A stretch of 63,851 nucleotides of DNA, taken from NCBI GenBank assembly GCA_003344405.1, contig NOWV01000149.1, forward strand, positions 124,001-187,851, in the 5' to 3' direction. Origin of the DNA: Trichoplax sp. H2. Taxonomy: Eukaryota. Both the position numbers and the translations under genes were made by a program. Shown one piece after another: positions 49,325 to 62,299 of this stretch. Under the pieces are notes generated by a model. It was not told where the DNA came from, did not search any database, and saw only the letters and a list, made by a program, of their open reading frames with translations. The stretch's first letter is position 1. The number at the start of each line of letters is the position of its first letter.

Positions 49325-51998
49325 CTAAATTGCAGATATGGCAGTGCTTCCATTATTTCTTGATGGCATTTGATTAGGATATTTGGTTTGCTTGTCAACC
49401 TTTGCAAATGTAAACTTAGCAATACTAGCTGCAGCTTCATATTGTGTATTCAAATGCGGTTGACGAATGATAATGTACATTTTTGGCAAGAAGTAACAAA
49501 ATTGAGTCACAAATTCATAAAATATCATCATTAAACAAGACAGTATTGATCGCAACTGACCATGAAAAAAATACATGACTGGAGTTACGGTTAATGCAAG
49601 AAATGCATACAAAATACTAGCTATCAAGATATATCGAGCATCATTGCAGTTATCCGGTAATGATCTTATACGAAAGGCAAATACAAGGCCAACGGTAACT
49701 GCTGTTGTCCATAGCACTACAGCAGCAGTAAAGGCCGGAAAGCTGAAAACTTCGCATGATTTTACGAGCTGTTGTTTGTCGTTCTCATATTTGATAATTT
49801 TTAGTGATTGATATACGATTAACCCAACGATAATCGCGTTAGTAATAGTCATAGTTACAATGAAAACAATAACTTGATTTCGTGTTTTTGACAATTTCTT
49901 GTATAAGGACCGCTGACGAAAGCCATTTCGGAATATAGCTGCTACTTGAATTGTCTTGCAAATGACAGTAACTGCTACGCCAGTCTGACTATTAGCAGTG
50001 AGTAGTAATCTAAATGTGCAATTGAAAACAGTACTGTCACAAAGAAACATGATTGAAGCAGGAAGGGACATAGCGTTATAACCCATTAAAATATTAATCA
50101 ACGTAAAATTGGATCCTTTAATTACAGGAGTATTTCGTTTGATGATAACGACAACCCAAATAAATATCGAATTAATCAAGAAGACAAACCATAGGCAGCA
50201 AGCAATAATAAAGTATTTATCTCTAAATGAAATATTAATGATTTCGTAACCAATACATTTCGTTTTGTTCTCATTTGGAGCAGTAAATGGCTCACATTTA
50301 GTGCAATTTGACTGATTGGTAGAATTAGTTATAGAATGAAAGTAGCATTTAGTGCAGAGCCAACAACATTTTAGTGATTTCTTGTCAAGACTATTGTAAT
50401 AACGGTAAGTACCGGGCTGACAATCATCAGAACAGCGAGCAACTGGTACAATACCACTATTCCATTTTATTTTTGTTTTATTAATAATTAAACCGTAATC
50501 TTCATCCCAATATCCAACTTTGACATGTTTTATTGGACCTTTACCGATACTCTTCGCTGGAACTTGCAAGTTAATTATATTGTAAAGTAAATGATTAGTT
50601 CCGTCGGCGCGAAAGTGAAAATCGTCGTTTGATATGCCCTTAAAGGTTACCTTGCTTAAATATTCATTTAATTTTAGTCGATCGTAATGAGATGCAAGAT
50701 TATCTACTGGAGAACAGTGTGTTGAATTGCAACCTAATTTGCTATGTAGTGCGTAAGCTAAAGCTAATGCTGCATCCATAACATAAGCAGCGGAGTCATG
50801 CATGGAATAAAATGATTCTGAAAAGTAACGTTTGAGATTATTATTAATTATACAGCTTGCCATTATGGATTCAGTATTATTTCCAAGAGATTGGAGTTTT
50901 TCTGACCAAGCTGCTATAAACCAAGGATTCTTAATATTATTACAGAAGTCAAGTTCGTCTAAATAAGATTGAAAGTCCTGTAACGAACCATCCATTATAT
51001 CCATACCCAATGCACCACCAATTACGCTAGGATTTAGTGCATTAATTCTAGCAGAACTTAACAAATCATACGACCCTATCCATGTCTTACCTACTAAACC
51101 CTCGGATTCTACTTTTCGAAGGAATGGATAAATAAGCGCTTCACCACCAGCGAGAATAATGACGTTCGAACAAGTATTTAAGTTTTAATACAATTTCCTT
51201 TAAATTAGATTGCGTGTAATTGTCATTTATAATTCCGGTATATCCAATACAAATTTCATTATTAAAAAGTAATTTAGAAACAATTTTATTATAATTCTCG
51301 GCAAAATTTGATCCAGCTACGATAATAGATATATAATTCCAGCGAAATTTTGCAACAATATCAAGGAATACTAGCACCTGCATCGTTACTGGTGAACGTG
51401 AACGATAGAAGTATGGAAAGAGTTGACGAAGTGATTGACTTACGTGGGATGTACCGTAACTGATTTGAAGAAAATACAAACTACTAGTATATATGGCCAA
51501 CGAAGTTGAAATGTCATCTGATTTCTCACCGACAATTCCAAGAATTGGAGTGGTCATTGTGTGATTATATTGAAATTTTATGTTACTATCAGTCCATTGA
51601 TTAGGTACATGGTTGAATTTTTGGTATGAAGGCTAGTCAAAATTGGCTGGATTACTGAACATTAATTCATAACTTACCAATTTCATAGCCATTTCTCGAG
51701 ATGAGCAAGAATCAATTAGTGTCCAACCAACTTTGATACCAGGCAATAAGTTTTGGTTGGCATTGATTAAAATATCTATAGCGTATATCATAGCTTGTGT
51801 GAGCTTTACATTGACTAAATTGAATTCATAGCATTGATTTAAGGTACTGTTATAATGTAAGGTATTAGGAAAAACACCTATAATTTGAATATCTCCTGGT
51901 TGATAAGAGTAAATATGGCAATGTGAAGACTTTATCTTTACAAAAGTAACAATGACGAAAAAAAAAATATAACTTTTAATAAGTTGCTTTAGGACCAT
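49325..51998 (-). pseudogene. Full-length class C GPCR broken by one in-frame TAG and one frameshift
   Basis: ORFs 51633..51998 and 51141..51557 are in the same frame, separated by a single TAG (51633-51635). A frameshift near 51175-51180 switches to NTCSNVIILAGGEALIYPFL...WIGSY, which continues into ORF 49325..51064. Confidence 0.9.
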
Positions 51999-52499
51999 TT
52001 TGAAAGCTAATTTTACTAAAGGGAAGGGTTGTAGCGATAGAGCAGTATCCTGCTTTTAAATAACAGAAAATTTTTATACTTTTTCCACAATAGATTGAAA
52101 TTCGACGATTTTCACTATTAGTTAAAAATATAACATAAACAGCAATATTGATGATTCTTAGCAATAAGTTACTTTACGCTTAGAAACGGAATACATAATT
52201 TGGTCTTTACGAATATCGTGAAGCTTAATTATAGATGGATCTAGTTACTTTACGATATTACAAATTCACACTTGGTATCCTATGATACGCACGGCTTGTT
52301 AAATATATAATAAAGAATATAAATTTTTTATTTGCCCATTTATGATTAATTATTAGCATTTATGGCTAATAAGAGTATAAGTTAGTAATGTAAGAAATGG
52401 AAATTAAATTATTGATTATTTGTAAAGGAACATTTACAAACCGATCTTTTAGCATATTCTTAGATTAATATTAAATTTAATTTTTCTAGATGAGATGAC

Positions 52500-54780
52500 A
52501 GTTGGCTAAAGAGTTTGCTCGTAAATAATGGAGATCTTTTTAATTTAATGACGAGTAAAAATAAGTAATAATTTATTCCATGCAATCCATTTTTGATGCT
52601 TAATGATTAGCTCGTTGATAACTAATTGAAGATTTATCGTAATGTAACGGTACGAACTACCGTGAAGAAATAGATATCTAAATTTGGTGATATTATATTA
52701 CAACTAGTTACTTACAATAGGAATTGCTCTAATTATAAATGTGTTTCAGTAAATTTAATGCTGTGCTATAATGTACACTGAAATGATTCTGTGAATGGAC
52801 ATATTGTAGTCCGATTGTGAAAAATTAGTTAGGTAGATGTTCTCACCTAAGTATTTTTATAAGATAACTCGTGAATGTTAGCTGCTGTAGAAGGGTGTAT
52901 AAGCCCGTCAGATAGTTGAATAAAGTAGTTTTCAATTGTCTAGTTGAGTTAAACGTAGAATCAAAGGCATCTAAATTCTTGTGAGGTAGTTAACGGATAC
53001 TGAATCCCGGAGACTATAGTAATTTAGAGATTTGTTTTACGTTATCCTTGACGCGAAGCTGGTTTGTGACGCGTAAATTTAGCGTAAGTTCCATGGTCAT
53101 GGAATTAGTTATTATCCTTTACTAGCTGATCAGTAATAAAATCTTTGCATGATCAATGGAAACCTATTTCTCAAAATTAAAGCCAGTAGTAGTTAGACGT
53201 ACCGGATGTTATTATATTAATTAGATTTATGTTTCGGTTCAATTACTATTAGCAAAGGACGTATTGCTCGAAGGAAATTACAGAATATTAAAAATGATGC
53301 TTAAAATTATAAGTTATCTGATATTTAATAAAGTAGCTACTGTAAAGCCTTGATCCCATCTACTATTTATTTGTCAATTCCAGTTTTATTCCCCAATGAT
53401 TATAGATAAAATTCCGATATCTAGCTAATTAACAAATAGTAAGCTTGCAGAAGATATTTGAATGTATGCAGACAAATGTTATGCATTAAATCGCGGGTTT
53501 TTTGTGAACAACATTAAGACAGAAATTTGATATTACGTTTAATATAATGAAATATCCTCGAATTTTTTATTTATATTGATTAAGTTGCATAGAAATTGCT
53601 TGTTACTTACATATGCAAGATAACAGTATGAAGGTATTCTTATAAGTTGAATCAATGATAATTTATATAGGCAATATTGACAATATACCAAGAGTTTGAA
53701 ACTTTCTTTAATTGAACTAAGCGATTGTTCTCCATTTATTAAGTGTGAATTGAATGTAGTATACAATAGCTGTAATGTGAGTATTGTCTGTTATTTATAT
53801 GATTTTTGAGTTTTCTAACCCCAAATTTGTTATTACATTTAATGTAATGAATTATTCTTGATTCTTTATATTTACATACGATGCTTAGGAATTGCTTGAT
53901 ACTCACTCAAGCCATTTGACGGTGTGAAGGCTACTTTTGCTAGTGAAACCGATAGTGTTTTATATGGCCAACATTAACATTATACCTACAGTTCGCCACT
54001 ACGTACAATTAAATAAACGGATTATTCTCAATTTATTGCACTTGTATTGATTATGGCGTATAATAGCTACAAATGTGAGTGTTATCAGATATATATACAT
54101 AGTTTTGGAGTTCTCTATTGCCTTAAGACAGAAACTATCATAGGATATGATAGATGCTGCATTAATTGCTGCTTAATTGGCCTAAAAAGATATAGATAAG
54201 ACCTTTGAAGCCTTACATATTGTTGTAAAGTTGCTATACTACTTCAATTAATTAATTAATGACATGAACGTAACAAAAAAATTTGGGGGTTTCATTCATA
54301 AATAAGACATCTACTGCTGTATTAATCTAGATGACAAAATACTTTCTAGTAGTTATACTATCTTCAATTATCCTAGGAATCAGGAAAAATAATGTACCGT
54401 AGTTAGATGAATCATTTTAAAATAGAATAAATGAAAGAGAGTCTTTATAAATTTTACGATTAACAAATACGTAAGCAAGACCTTAATATGATTGTTATGA
54501 AAATGTTAACTAAAAGCTATTTGAATTCTGCTTGGCGAAAATTGAATATATATTATAGACTAAAATTGAAAATAGCTATGAGTCTATAGCTCGAAAAAGG
54601 ATAATTTATAACTGTTAATCTCATACTAAATTCTAGCTAATAACGGGAATTATAGTTCTACATGCACAGTATATAGCAGCGCATAGGAGAGGAATGGCTA
54701 CAATAACTCTTCTATATACCGTACAGTTTCAATTTAAATATTCTGTTTCTATTTGTATTTGATAGAGTTTAAATAGCTAT
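52500..54780 (+). pseudogene. Decayed LRR-containing GPCR (LGR/RXFP/GRL101-like) pseudogene
   Basis: LRR-like pieces (LY*LDLCFGSITISKG ~53212; SYLIFNKVATVKP ~53312), then in order CE (53923), FIW (53959, TM1), TIIGYDRCCI (54134, TM3), ESIARKR (54580, start of TM6), EWLQ*LFYIPYSFNLNILFLFVF (54692, TM7). Confidence 0.5.
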
Positions 54781-55579
54781 GTGTCCTCACTATACATGCA
54801 ATATTAATAGCAATCTCGCTGTAATTGATTAAAAGAAATGGTTCATATCTTGAATGATGAAAAATTGCAAATTTGCTAATTGAGTTGCATTGATAATTCT
54901 CTTGTTTCGTAATTACTTGATCTACGAATTTCAAATTAAGTCCCGTCACATCATGAAATTACGGTTGTCTGAAAGGCTTATCATTATTTGATACGTAATC
55001 AGAAATTTATTTCATTTATTATAAAATAGTATATATTTATACATGAACTTATGAGGATTGTGGGAAAAGAATGCATTTACAGCTATTAATTAGATGATAT
55101 AGCGAATAAAGTCTGATTCATTAGATAAATATTACGGTAGTAAATTAGATTTATTATTGCCTTCTCAGAAAGAATACAGGATAAACCACTGGAAAATAGT
55201 AAAATGGATATAGAATTATTAAAACGAATAGCTTTGAATTCTAACTTAAGTTAACTTTAGGATAAGTATCAGTTTACGTATAAGCTTCAATAACAACCTG
55301 GCAAAATCATTTGCTAGGATTATGAAGGGCAGGCTACTGTCTTCGCCAATCAAACTAATGAAATAACTCACGATTTCTGGAAATATTTTAAACGTTTGCC
55401 TTCTTATTTCACTATCTTGAAGTATTTAATTACTACACCACTTCTATAGGCAAAACAAAGCAATTGGTGGTACCAGGCTATCAAATTATCACAGCAAAGT
55501 TATCTAAATTTAACTAATATTTAATCTCATATGATGAGATAAATACTGTCTTAGATCCCCGAGGTCACTAAATTAATAA

Positions 55580-56060
55580 CAGTCGTAATTCACTGTAATT
55601 GTAAACTTTATATCACTAAAGTATTGTTAGATCTCTCTTACTTCACTTCACTCATGTTCGATTAATTTGCTAAAATTAGCAAAATACTATCTTATTTCAC
55701 AATAGCAATAGCCGATATAAATATAGCCTTCAAATTCGGAAGGTTTATTTAATCGCTATGCAAATCAGATTCCGGGAGATCCGTTGTATATCACTTCTCC
55801 TCCCTCATAAGAAACAGTCGAAAGAGGCTAAGATAAACCGGATATTCAGACTTAGCCAATTTTTAATCAATCACAATTCCATGCAAATAATACATCTAAC
55901 AGTCTCTACTCTCTATATAGTAATTCCTCACTTGAAAATTAGTCAAACTCAGAAGCGACACCCGGCTATGATAAGCCGGATAATTATCCTGATACTTATG
56001 ACAGTAGAATCTTCAAACAGATTACTATTACTTTCTATAGTACTTAGGGCCGATAACTAG
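55580..56060 (+). pseudogene. Decayed LRR coding relic
   Basis: VLLDLSYFTSLMFD*FAKISKIL (55621); ORF 55758..56060 contains LSQFLINHNSMQII. Confidence 0.45.
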
Positions 56061-56441
56061 AGTATTACTCCGCTAGTTAATACTGAAGGAATCTTAACAT
56101 TTACGTTACGTTACAAATATATAGAATAGAACATTAAAAGTATTAAGACAGACCAACAATCCTACACTAGAAGTCAGGCCAAAACGCTTTTGGGTCACAG
56201 AGTATTTGATTACAAAGTAAAATAACTTCTACTGTTTTTATGATCGAAATCAGCTATCAGCTTTATCATAATTGAAGCATAAATTTTATGCTATTAAATA
56301 AATCGCTTAAGTTACAATCTTACTTTGTATAATTCTTAACAAAATTAAGCTATCCCATATTGCTTAATCATAACACGAATAAAGTAGTGAGGTTCCCAAT
56401 ATACTAAGATACTGAGTAAAACCTATTGTAAATTTCATTTG

Positions 56442-59177
56442 TTAGTCTTCTGTTTCTGTGATCGAATTATTTTGAGGTTGTATGCGGCTTGTTATTAGTT
56501 TTTTCCTTAATGTCCATTGCGAAGTAAGCGATGAATTCTCTGCCAAAGTTACCGCTACTATCGAAACTTTAGAATTTGGATCAGCCTTTGCTAAGTTATA
56601 TTCGGTAATGCTAGCTTTAGCATGCTCTGGAGTGTTCAACTCGGGCTGAAAGAAGATGATATAAAGCTTGGGAAGAAAGTAGCAAGCATTGGTCACTATT
56701 CCATAAAATAATGCTACTGAACACCCTATAAGTTTACGTAGTCGCCCTGTTGTGGACAGAAAGGCTGGAAATCCAATCATATCAATAGCGGCATACATTA
56801 ACACAGCTGCGGCGATGTTTTTTGATTCATTATAATTACCTGGTAAAGACCGAATACGAAAGGCCAAATAGCAGCTTAAAATCAATGTAGCGAGCCAAAA
56901 TACAATAATACAAATCAAAGCAGGAGAAGAGCTATAATCGCACATTAAATCCATAGTATTATCTGCTAACTCGATTTTAAGAATATTTACCGGTTGAATT
57001 TGAGTTATCAGAAGTATAATACTACTTGTAACGGTTAACACCGTAAATATAAGGATAATTTGTGTGCGTGTTTTCGTAAATAGATTTTGAAAATTATTTT
57101 TGAAACCGCGATGAAAAATTAATGCCACTTGATTGACTCTGCAAATAATTGTTACTGAGGTTCCGATTTGAGTTATATTAATTAAAATTAGTCGTATTTG
57201 ACATAAAGTAGAGTTATCAGGTGCCAAAAATACTCCCGCTGTTAGTATACAAATTGCATACCAGAATAATAACAAATTCATCAAGGGATAATTAGATCCT
57301 TTGATAACGGGAGTATTTCTATAGATGTAGATGACAACCCATGTAAATATCATTTTAATAACGCAAAGAGATGAAATGATGTAAAATAAAATTGCAAAAG
57401 CTCCTCTCCAATTGAAACGTAAAACTTTATAACTGATACATTGTGTTCCATTTGAATTACTGTAAAAGAAATTTCGACACCTAGAGCAATTAAGCTGATT
57501 ATAAGTTGTACTGATACTATACCTAGAGCACTTTCGGCAATTCCAACAACATGTCCACAGTTTCAGAGGTAAGCTGGAATCATGATTTACGCGATAACCT
57601 GGTTTACAATCCCTACTACAACGTGATGTTGGAGTTTTATTGCTATTCCAAACTATTTTTGTGGAATTAATCGTTAACCCATTTTCCTTACTCCAGTTAC
57701 CGACTACAATCGGACTTAACGACTGCAAGTTATTAATGTATACATTTTGATAATTAACAAAGTTAAATCCAGTTCCACTAGAACCGTCACTGTTAAAATG
57801 TATTAAGTCGCTACTAACTCCTTGAAATTGAATATTTCTTAAACAATGATTTAACTGTTCTCGGTCACGATTAATTTCCATTGCATTAAGAGCGGGACAA
57901 GATGTATTAGTACAGCCTAATTTATGATGTAAAGAATACGCCAAGGCTAAAACTGCGTCCATGATAAAAGCTGTAAATGATTGCGGTACGTAAAAAGTTC
58001 TTTTGAGAATCCTTGCCATTTGAGGACCGTATTTACAGTTAGCTGTAGCCGATTTTGAAATTTCTTTCCGTGCATCAAATAACCACGGATTTCCATGACT
58101 ATCGCATAAATTAAGTTTACGTAAGTAATCGTCAAAGTGGCGTATTATTTTTTTATTGACGTCGATACTAATAGCGCCACGGATAATATCGCTGCTAATA
58201 TTTGCTATTTGTGCTTCGGTTAACCAATTATAAGTACCGATCCATGTTATTCCAGTAAGCCTTTGCGATTGAGCTTGCTTAAGTAACGCATAGATGATCT
58301 TATTATTACCTGTTAAAATAACGACTTTAGATTTAATCGTTTTCTTCAGATTTTGTATAGCGCTGATCATATCAGATTGGGTATAATTATTAGATATTAC
58401 AATATTATTAGCGACACATATTTTCTTAAATGAGAATTGGCGTAATAATGTAGTGCTGAATTCTTTATCAATAGTAGAGCCTGTAACTATTACTGAAACC
58501 CAATTCCAGTTAAAGTTACTAATAATATCAGCAATAGCTTCAGCTTGCTGTTTATATGATATAGACGTGCGATAGAAATAAGGACACATAACACCAGAGC
58601 TTAATGCAGTAGTACGTGAATTATAGGTAATTTGGATGACGCGAAAGGAACTTGTATAATAGGCCAAAGGAATAGTAAGACGGTCAGAATCTTCACCAAT
58701 AACGCCGATAATTGGCGGTTCCGAACTAACTGTATTATTTAAGTTATACTGCAGAGTTCGGACAAAAGGATCAAGATTGGCATAATTTAAATTTCGGCTT
58801 GATAGCAGTTGAAAAATGTTAGACTTTCTGAAATGATATTCTAATGAAGCCATAGCAAGTTCTCGCGATTTACAGGAATCAATCAATGTCCAACCAACTT
58901 TAAGTCCAGGTAGTAATTTTGGATTTCTATTAACTAATTCGTCGATCGCATAGATCATAGCTTGCATTAGTTGTAAATTTTTTAGTTTATACTGGCTGCA
59001 AAGCTTGGTTGTCTCGTTAAATTGTAAAGAATTTGGGAAAATACCAATTATTTGAACATTTCCAAATTTTTGGCTGTAAACTGGAGCTCTTTCATTTTTC
59101 AATGTCACGTTGCTGACTAGACTTAACAGGAAGGCGATATGTAAGAATGCTTTCTTCAATTTCGATGACATTAGCAT
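56442..59177 (-). CDS. Class C GPCR, intronless, 911 aa
   Basis: Full architecture: QAMIYAID, IQITY, PYFYRTS, CCWNC, PVIKGSN, LPGNYNESKNI, FLPKLYII. Confidence 0.95.
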   Translation of the reverse strand: MLMSSKLKKAFLHIAFLLSLVSNVTLKNERAPVYSQKFGNVQIIGIFPNSLQFNETTKLCSQYKLKNLQLMQAMIYAIDELVNRNPKLLPGLKVGWTLIDSCKSRELAMASLEYHFRKSNIFQLLSSRNLNYANLDPFVRTLQYNLNNTVSSEPPIIGVIGEDSDRLTIPLAYYTSSFRVIQITYNSRTTALSSGVMCPYFYRTSISYKQQAEAIADIISNFNWNWVSVIVTGSTIDKEFSTTLLRQFSFKKICVANNIVISNNYTQSDMISAIQNLKKTIKSKVVILTGNNKIIYALLKQAQSQRLTGITWIGTYNWLTEAQIANISSDIIRGAISIDVNKKIIRHFDDYLRKLNLCDSHGNPWLFDARKEISKSATANCKYGPQMARILKRTFYVPQSFTAFIMDAVLALAYSLHHKLGCTNTSCPALNAMEINRDREQLNHCLRNIQFQGVSSDLIHFNSDGSSGTGFNFVNYQNVYINNLQSLSPIVVGNWSKENGLTINSTKIVWNSNKTPTSRCSRDCKPGYRVNHDSSLPLKLWTCCWNCRKCSRYSISTTYNQLNCSRCRNFFYSNSNGTQCISYKVLRFNWRGAFAILFYIISSLCVIKMIFTWVVIYIYRNTPVIKGSNYPLMNLLLFWYAICILTAGVFLAPDNSTLCQIRLILINITQIGTSVTIICRVNQVALIFHRGFKNNFQNLFTKTRTQIILIFTVLTVTSSIILLITQIQPVNILKIELADNTMDLMCDYSSSPALICIIVFWLATLILSCYLAFRIRSLPGNYNESKNIAAAVLMYAAIDMIGFPAFLSTTGRLRKLIGCSVALFYGIVTNACYFLPKLYIIFFQPELNTPEHAKASITEYNLAKADPNSKVSIVAVTLAENSSLTSQWTLRKKLITSRIQPQNNSITETED

Positions 59178-59399
59178 GATGTAATGAAAACCTTGTAGAG
59201 CTTGAGGTACTATTTCTAATCGATGATAGTTACAGATTTGAGTTTTCTCTGTTTAATTTCATAATAACCTTAAGAAATAAATAAGCCAGTTCGAAAAACA
59301 ATGAATTATTGTTGTCTTTCCTCGGCAATTAAAAGATTTTTAATGATCTACAAAGAATAATTACTGTACCATGTTCAATATTAATATAATATCTGAACT

Positions 59400-60650
59400 T
59401 TTCGTTACCTTTGCTTTTGTATTAATATTTTATAACTTAAGATCTGATCTTGAAGGAAGTTTTACATCCAATAAAGAAATTCAGATATTTCAAATTTAAG
59501 ATATCTTTAATGAAGCAGATGCTTTTAGCGTCATTTTCAATAAAGAATTCATGGGCTTTTAAAATTTAAAATATCATTATCGATATTCCTTATTAATCTT
59601 TATTTGATCTTGCAAGATAAAATTCTCTCTTTCAAAATAATCGATACTTATCTTGAATAATATCACGAAAACTCTAATCTAAGGTTTTCATTACAAAAAT
59701 CGGTTATTTTAGAAGCTATCAAAAAATTACAGTTTAATATTGCAAATTTGTAATTGTTATGACGATTATAAATTGGATATCTATTATGATAATGTTATTA
59801 CATTTAATAGCGTTACTACTAATTAAATCCAAATCGTTACATTATTCCGAATTTCCTAAAAACGAGTACCAACGATTTGTAACCTAGAACTTCTTCATTA
59901 CTGTCTGATAAGATATTGATATTAGAAATAGATCTGCTATTATTAGATTTATTTGTTTGAAGCTATCAATTTGTTGGCTTAAATATGAGTCTGACTCATT
60001 ATCAGTTGGGGTAAAAGAAATCAAGATGTCCTGCTTCTACTCAATGTTCGTGGTGTACAAATATACATCCGTTATACCAAAGCGATATGCTGCAAGCAGG
60101 CTTGGCCCGAATGAAACTCTGATATAATACTCGATATTGATAATATGCATACAATATACAAAAACAACACATAATAAACGATTCTGCGGCCTGAATATAA
60201 CTCTGATGCTCTACTAAATTTTGATACTATACTTATAATACAGTATACTACTAGAACAGATTCTAGAAAATTATGCCATTTTCCGTATTAATGAAAATCA
60301 TTAATGCAGTATGATACAATGATAGATTGGAAAAATAGTATTAGTATCTCTTATTTCAAAACTTGTTTTAGAGTGATATATTATTCCTTGAATAAATTAA
60401 TCTGATTAGCTAATTAAAAAAGGAAACATTTGATTAATATCTCGATTCCAAATTTTAGTAAATTGCGGTCTCGTTGTTAACAGCGTTAAATATACAACGT
60501 TGTCAGATTTACAGTTCGTTAGGTATTGGCATATCACAATTGTATGAAGTTACTTTTATCTTCTTGATGTTGTCCATTATTACATCAATTTTTTCTACAT
60601 TTTTAGCGCTATACCCGTGTTATTTGGCAACTCGATAGAATTGCTAGATA
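59400..60650 (+). pseudogene. Possible decayed LGR-like relic
   Basis: IFNKEFMGF (~59534) followed by NLKY-like sequence, YQFVGLN (~59964), ICCKQAW (~60085, hinge-like), AVSLLTALNIQRCQI (60465, TM3-like), and a hydrophobic TM4-like stretch ~60560-60630. Confidence 0.35.
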
Positions 60651-60849
60651 TTGATATCTCAAATATTTCATATTTCATTTCAAAATCATTAATTGCTTGT
60701 AATTCTAAATTTATCTTTCTACGTTACTTTAAATATAACTAAAACAAAGGCAAAGACCGACAAATAATCTTAAATTAGAACCCAAACCAAAGCTTTTCCG
60801 TTAACTCTGTATTTGATTGCAAAATAATATAACTTTGTGAGGTTGATAG

Positions 60850-61400
60850 ATCAAGAATCTTCAAAACTTTAGAAAATTCAGATTTATTGAACATAACTTC
60901 GTTTACGAAGATGCAACGTGATCGATTAGCTGAGGACCTCTAACAAGAAAGAACTATCTTACTATGCTAAACTACTCGCTTATATACTTTTCTGCATTTA
61001 CAGTCTTAGCACCTTACTTACTACACACTTCAGTATTATCATCTCAAATACAGAATAGTTTACACCTTTCATGCGAAGCTCTAGCGTGAGCACTGTAGCG
61101 CTCCTCTTCAAAAGGATTACAGTTACTAAGCTAGCTATATGGATATGATATACCGATCACGAAATTCCAAATTTTAGAAAAACAAGGGCTTTATAGAATC
61201 TTATACAAAGATTAACTACACACAGCTCTACTCTAGCCGAATACTACTACTAAAGATTTCTACATAGAACTAACAGAATAATCTAAAGTTGCATGCTTTT
61301 ATACTTTTCGTAGCATTCGCAGCTACAATCCGCATGGCAACCTTTTACCGCATTTTACACTTAGTAAATTATTCTTAGTAACACCATTCTACTGCGGACC
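60850..61400 (+). pseudogene. Decayed LRR coding relic
   Basis: IFKTLENSDLLNITS (60857), KNYLTMLN (~60949), YTFLHLQS* (60983), HGNLLPHF (~61333). Confidence 0.5.
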
Positions 61401-62299
61401 ATCATTAATCCGATATGGATACGACTACAGTAATTATGTAGACATTATTCACACCAGCCAAAATACGATGAATTAACTATATTTTAATATATGATTTACA
61501 GTTCTATTTTTACCTATAACCTTATTAGTAACTCAACAACTTACTGTATATAGTCATCTATACGCTAGCATAGAATCTATACCACAACCGTCTATAGTTA
61601 TAGCTACCAAATATCTCTTAGGATAAATATAGAAGTTACGCTACCGTAAATTATACTAAACATGGCTAACAGTCTACAATACAATACTAAGTTACATTAC
61701 AGCTGAACACTTAAGCTTCTAACGAGAATATCTATCTCATGTTGAACACAACACCTACGGTAGACATTACTAAATATATCATCAACTTAGAATACAATAT
61801 TATACTGTCTTACAAAATTCTACCTTATTTTATGATGTATAGCGTATTGTAGCTGATAATATGCTTTTTAGTATGCTACTATAATGCTAAATAAGATATT
61901 GCCTACTGCAATTGTAATTTACGACAGATTTATACAATTTGAATAATGCCTAGTCAGTTTGGATAATGCCTTACTAATTTAGAAAAACGCAATAAATGAA
62001 GTTTAAAATTTGCAAATTGTCTATACTCTCTCATGATTTTGAATTTTGTCTTTAATTGCTCTGCGTAATTGCAATGACCGAGTAATAGTCTTTTACTATT
62101 ACTATAGTTGCTTCATTTCTCTTAATACATAACATAATCAAAATCAGCTATCAGTTTTGTCGTAATTGAAGCCTTCGTTTTATACTGACTAAGTACTGCA
62201 TTTCGCTTAAATTACAATCTTATGTAGTAAAGGACTGAAAATAGAGCCCTGAATAATGATTAGTATGAAATTATTGTCATTTTATTATAGAAAAATGTA

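Noticed and set aside
51065-51635. Possible introns explaining the breaks in the 49325..51998 gene
   Set aside because: The intervening DNA translates into collinear receptor sequence, so these are a stop and a frameshift, not introns.
13609-58135. Short ORFs overlapping the GPCR genes (13609..13791, 25844..26116, 27061..27327, 32865..33158, 33261..33545, 43391..43624, 43668..43907, 45125..45364, 49575..49811, 57947..58135)
   Set aside because: Antisense or alternate-frame shadows of the receptor CDSs with no independent motifs.
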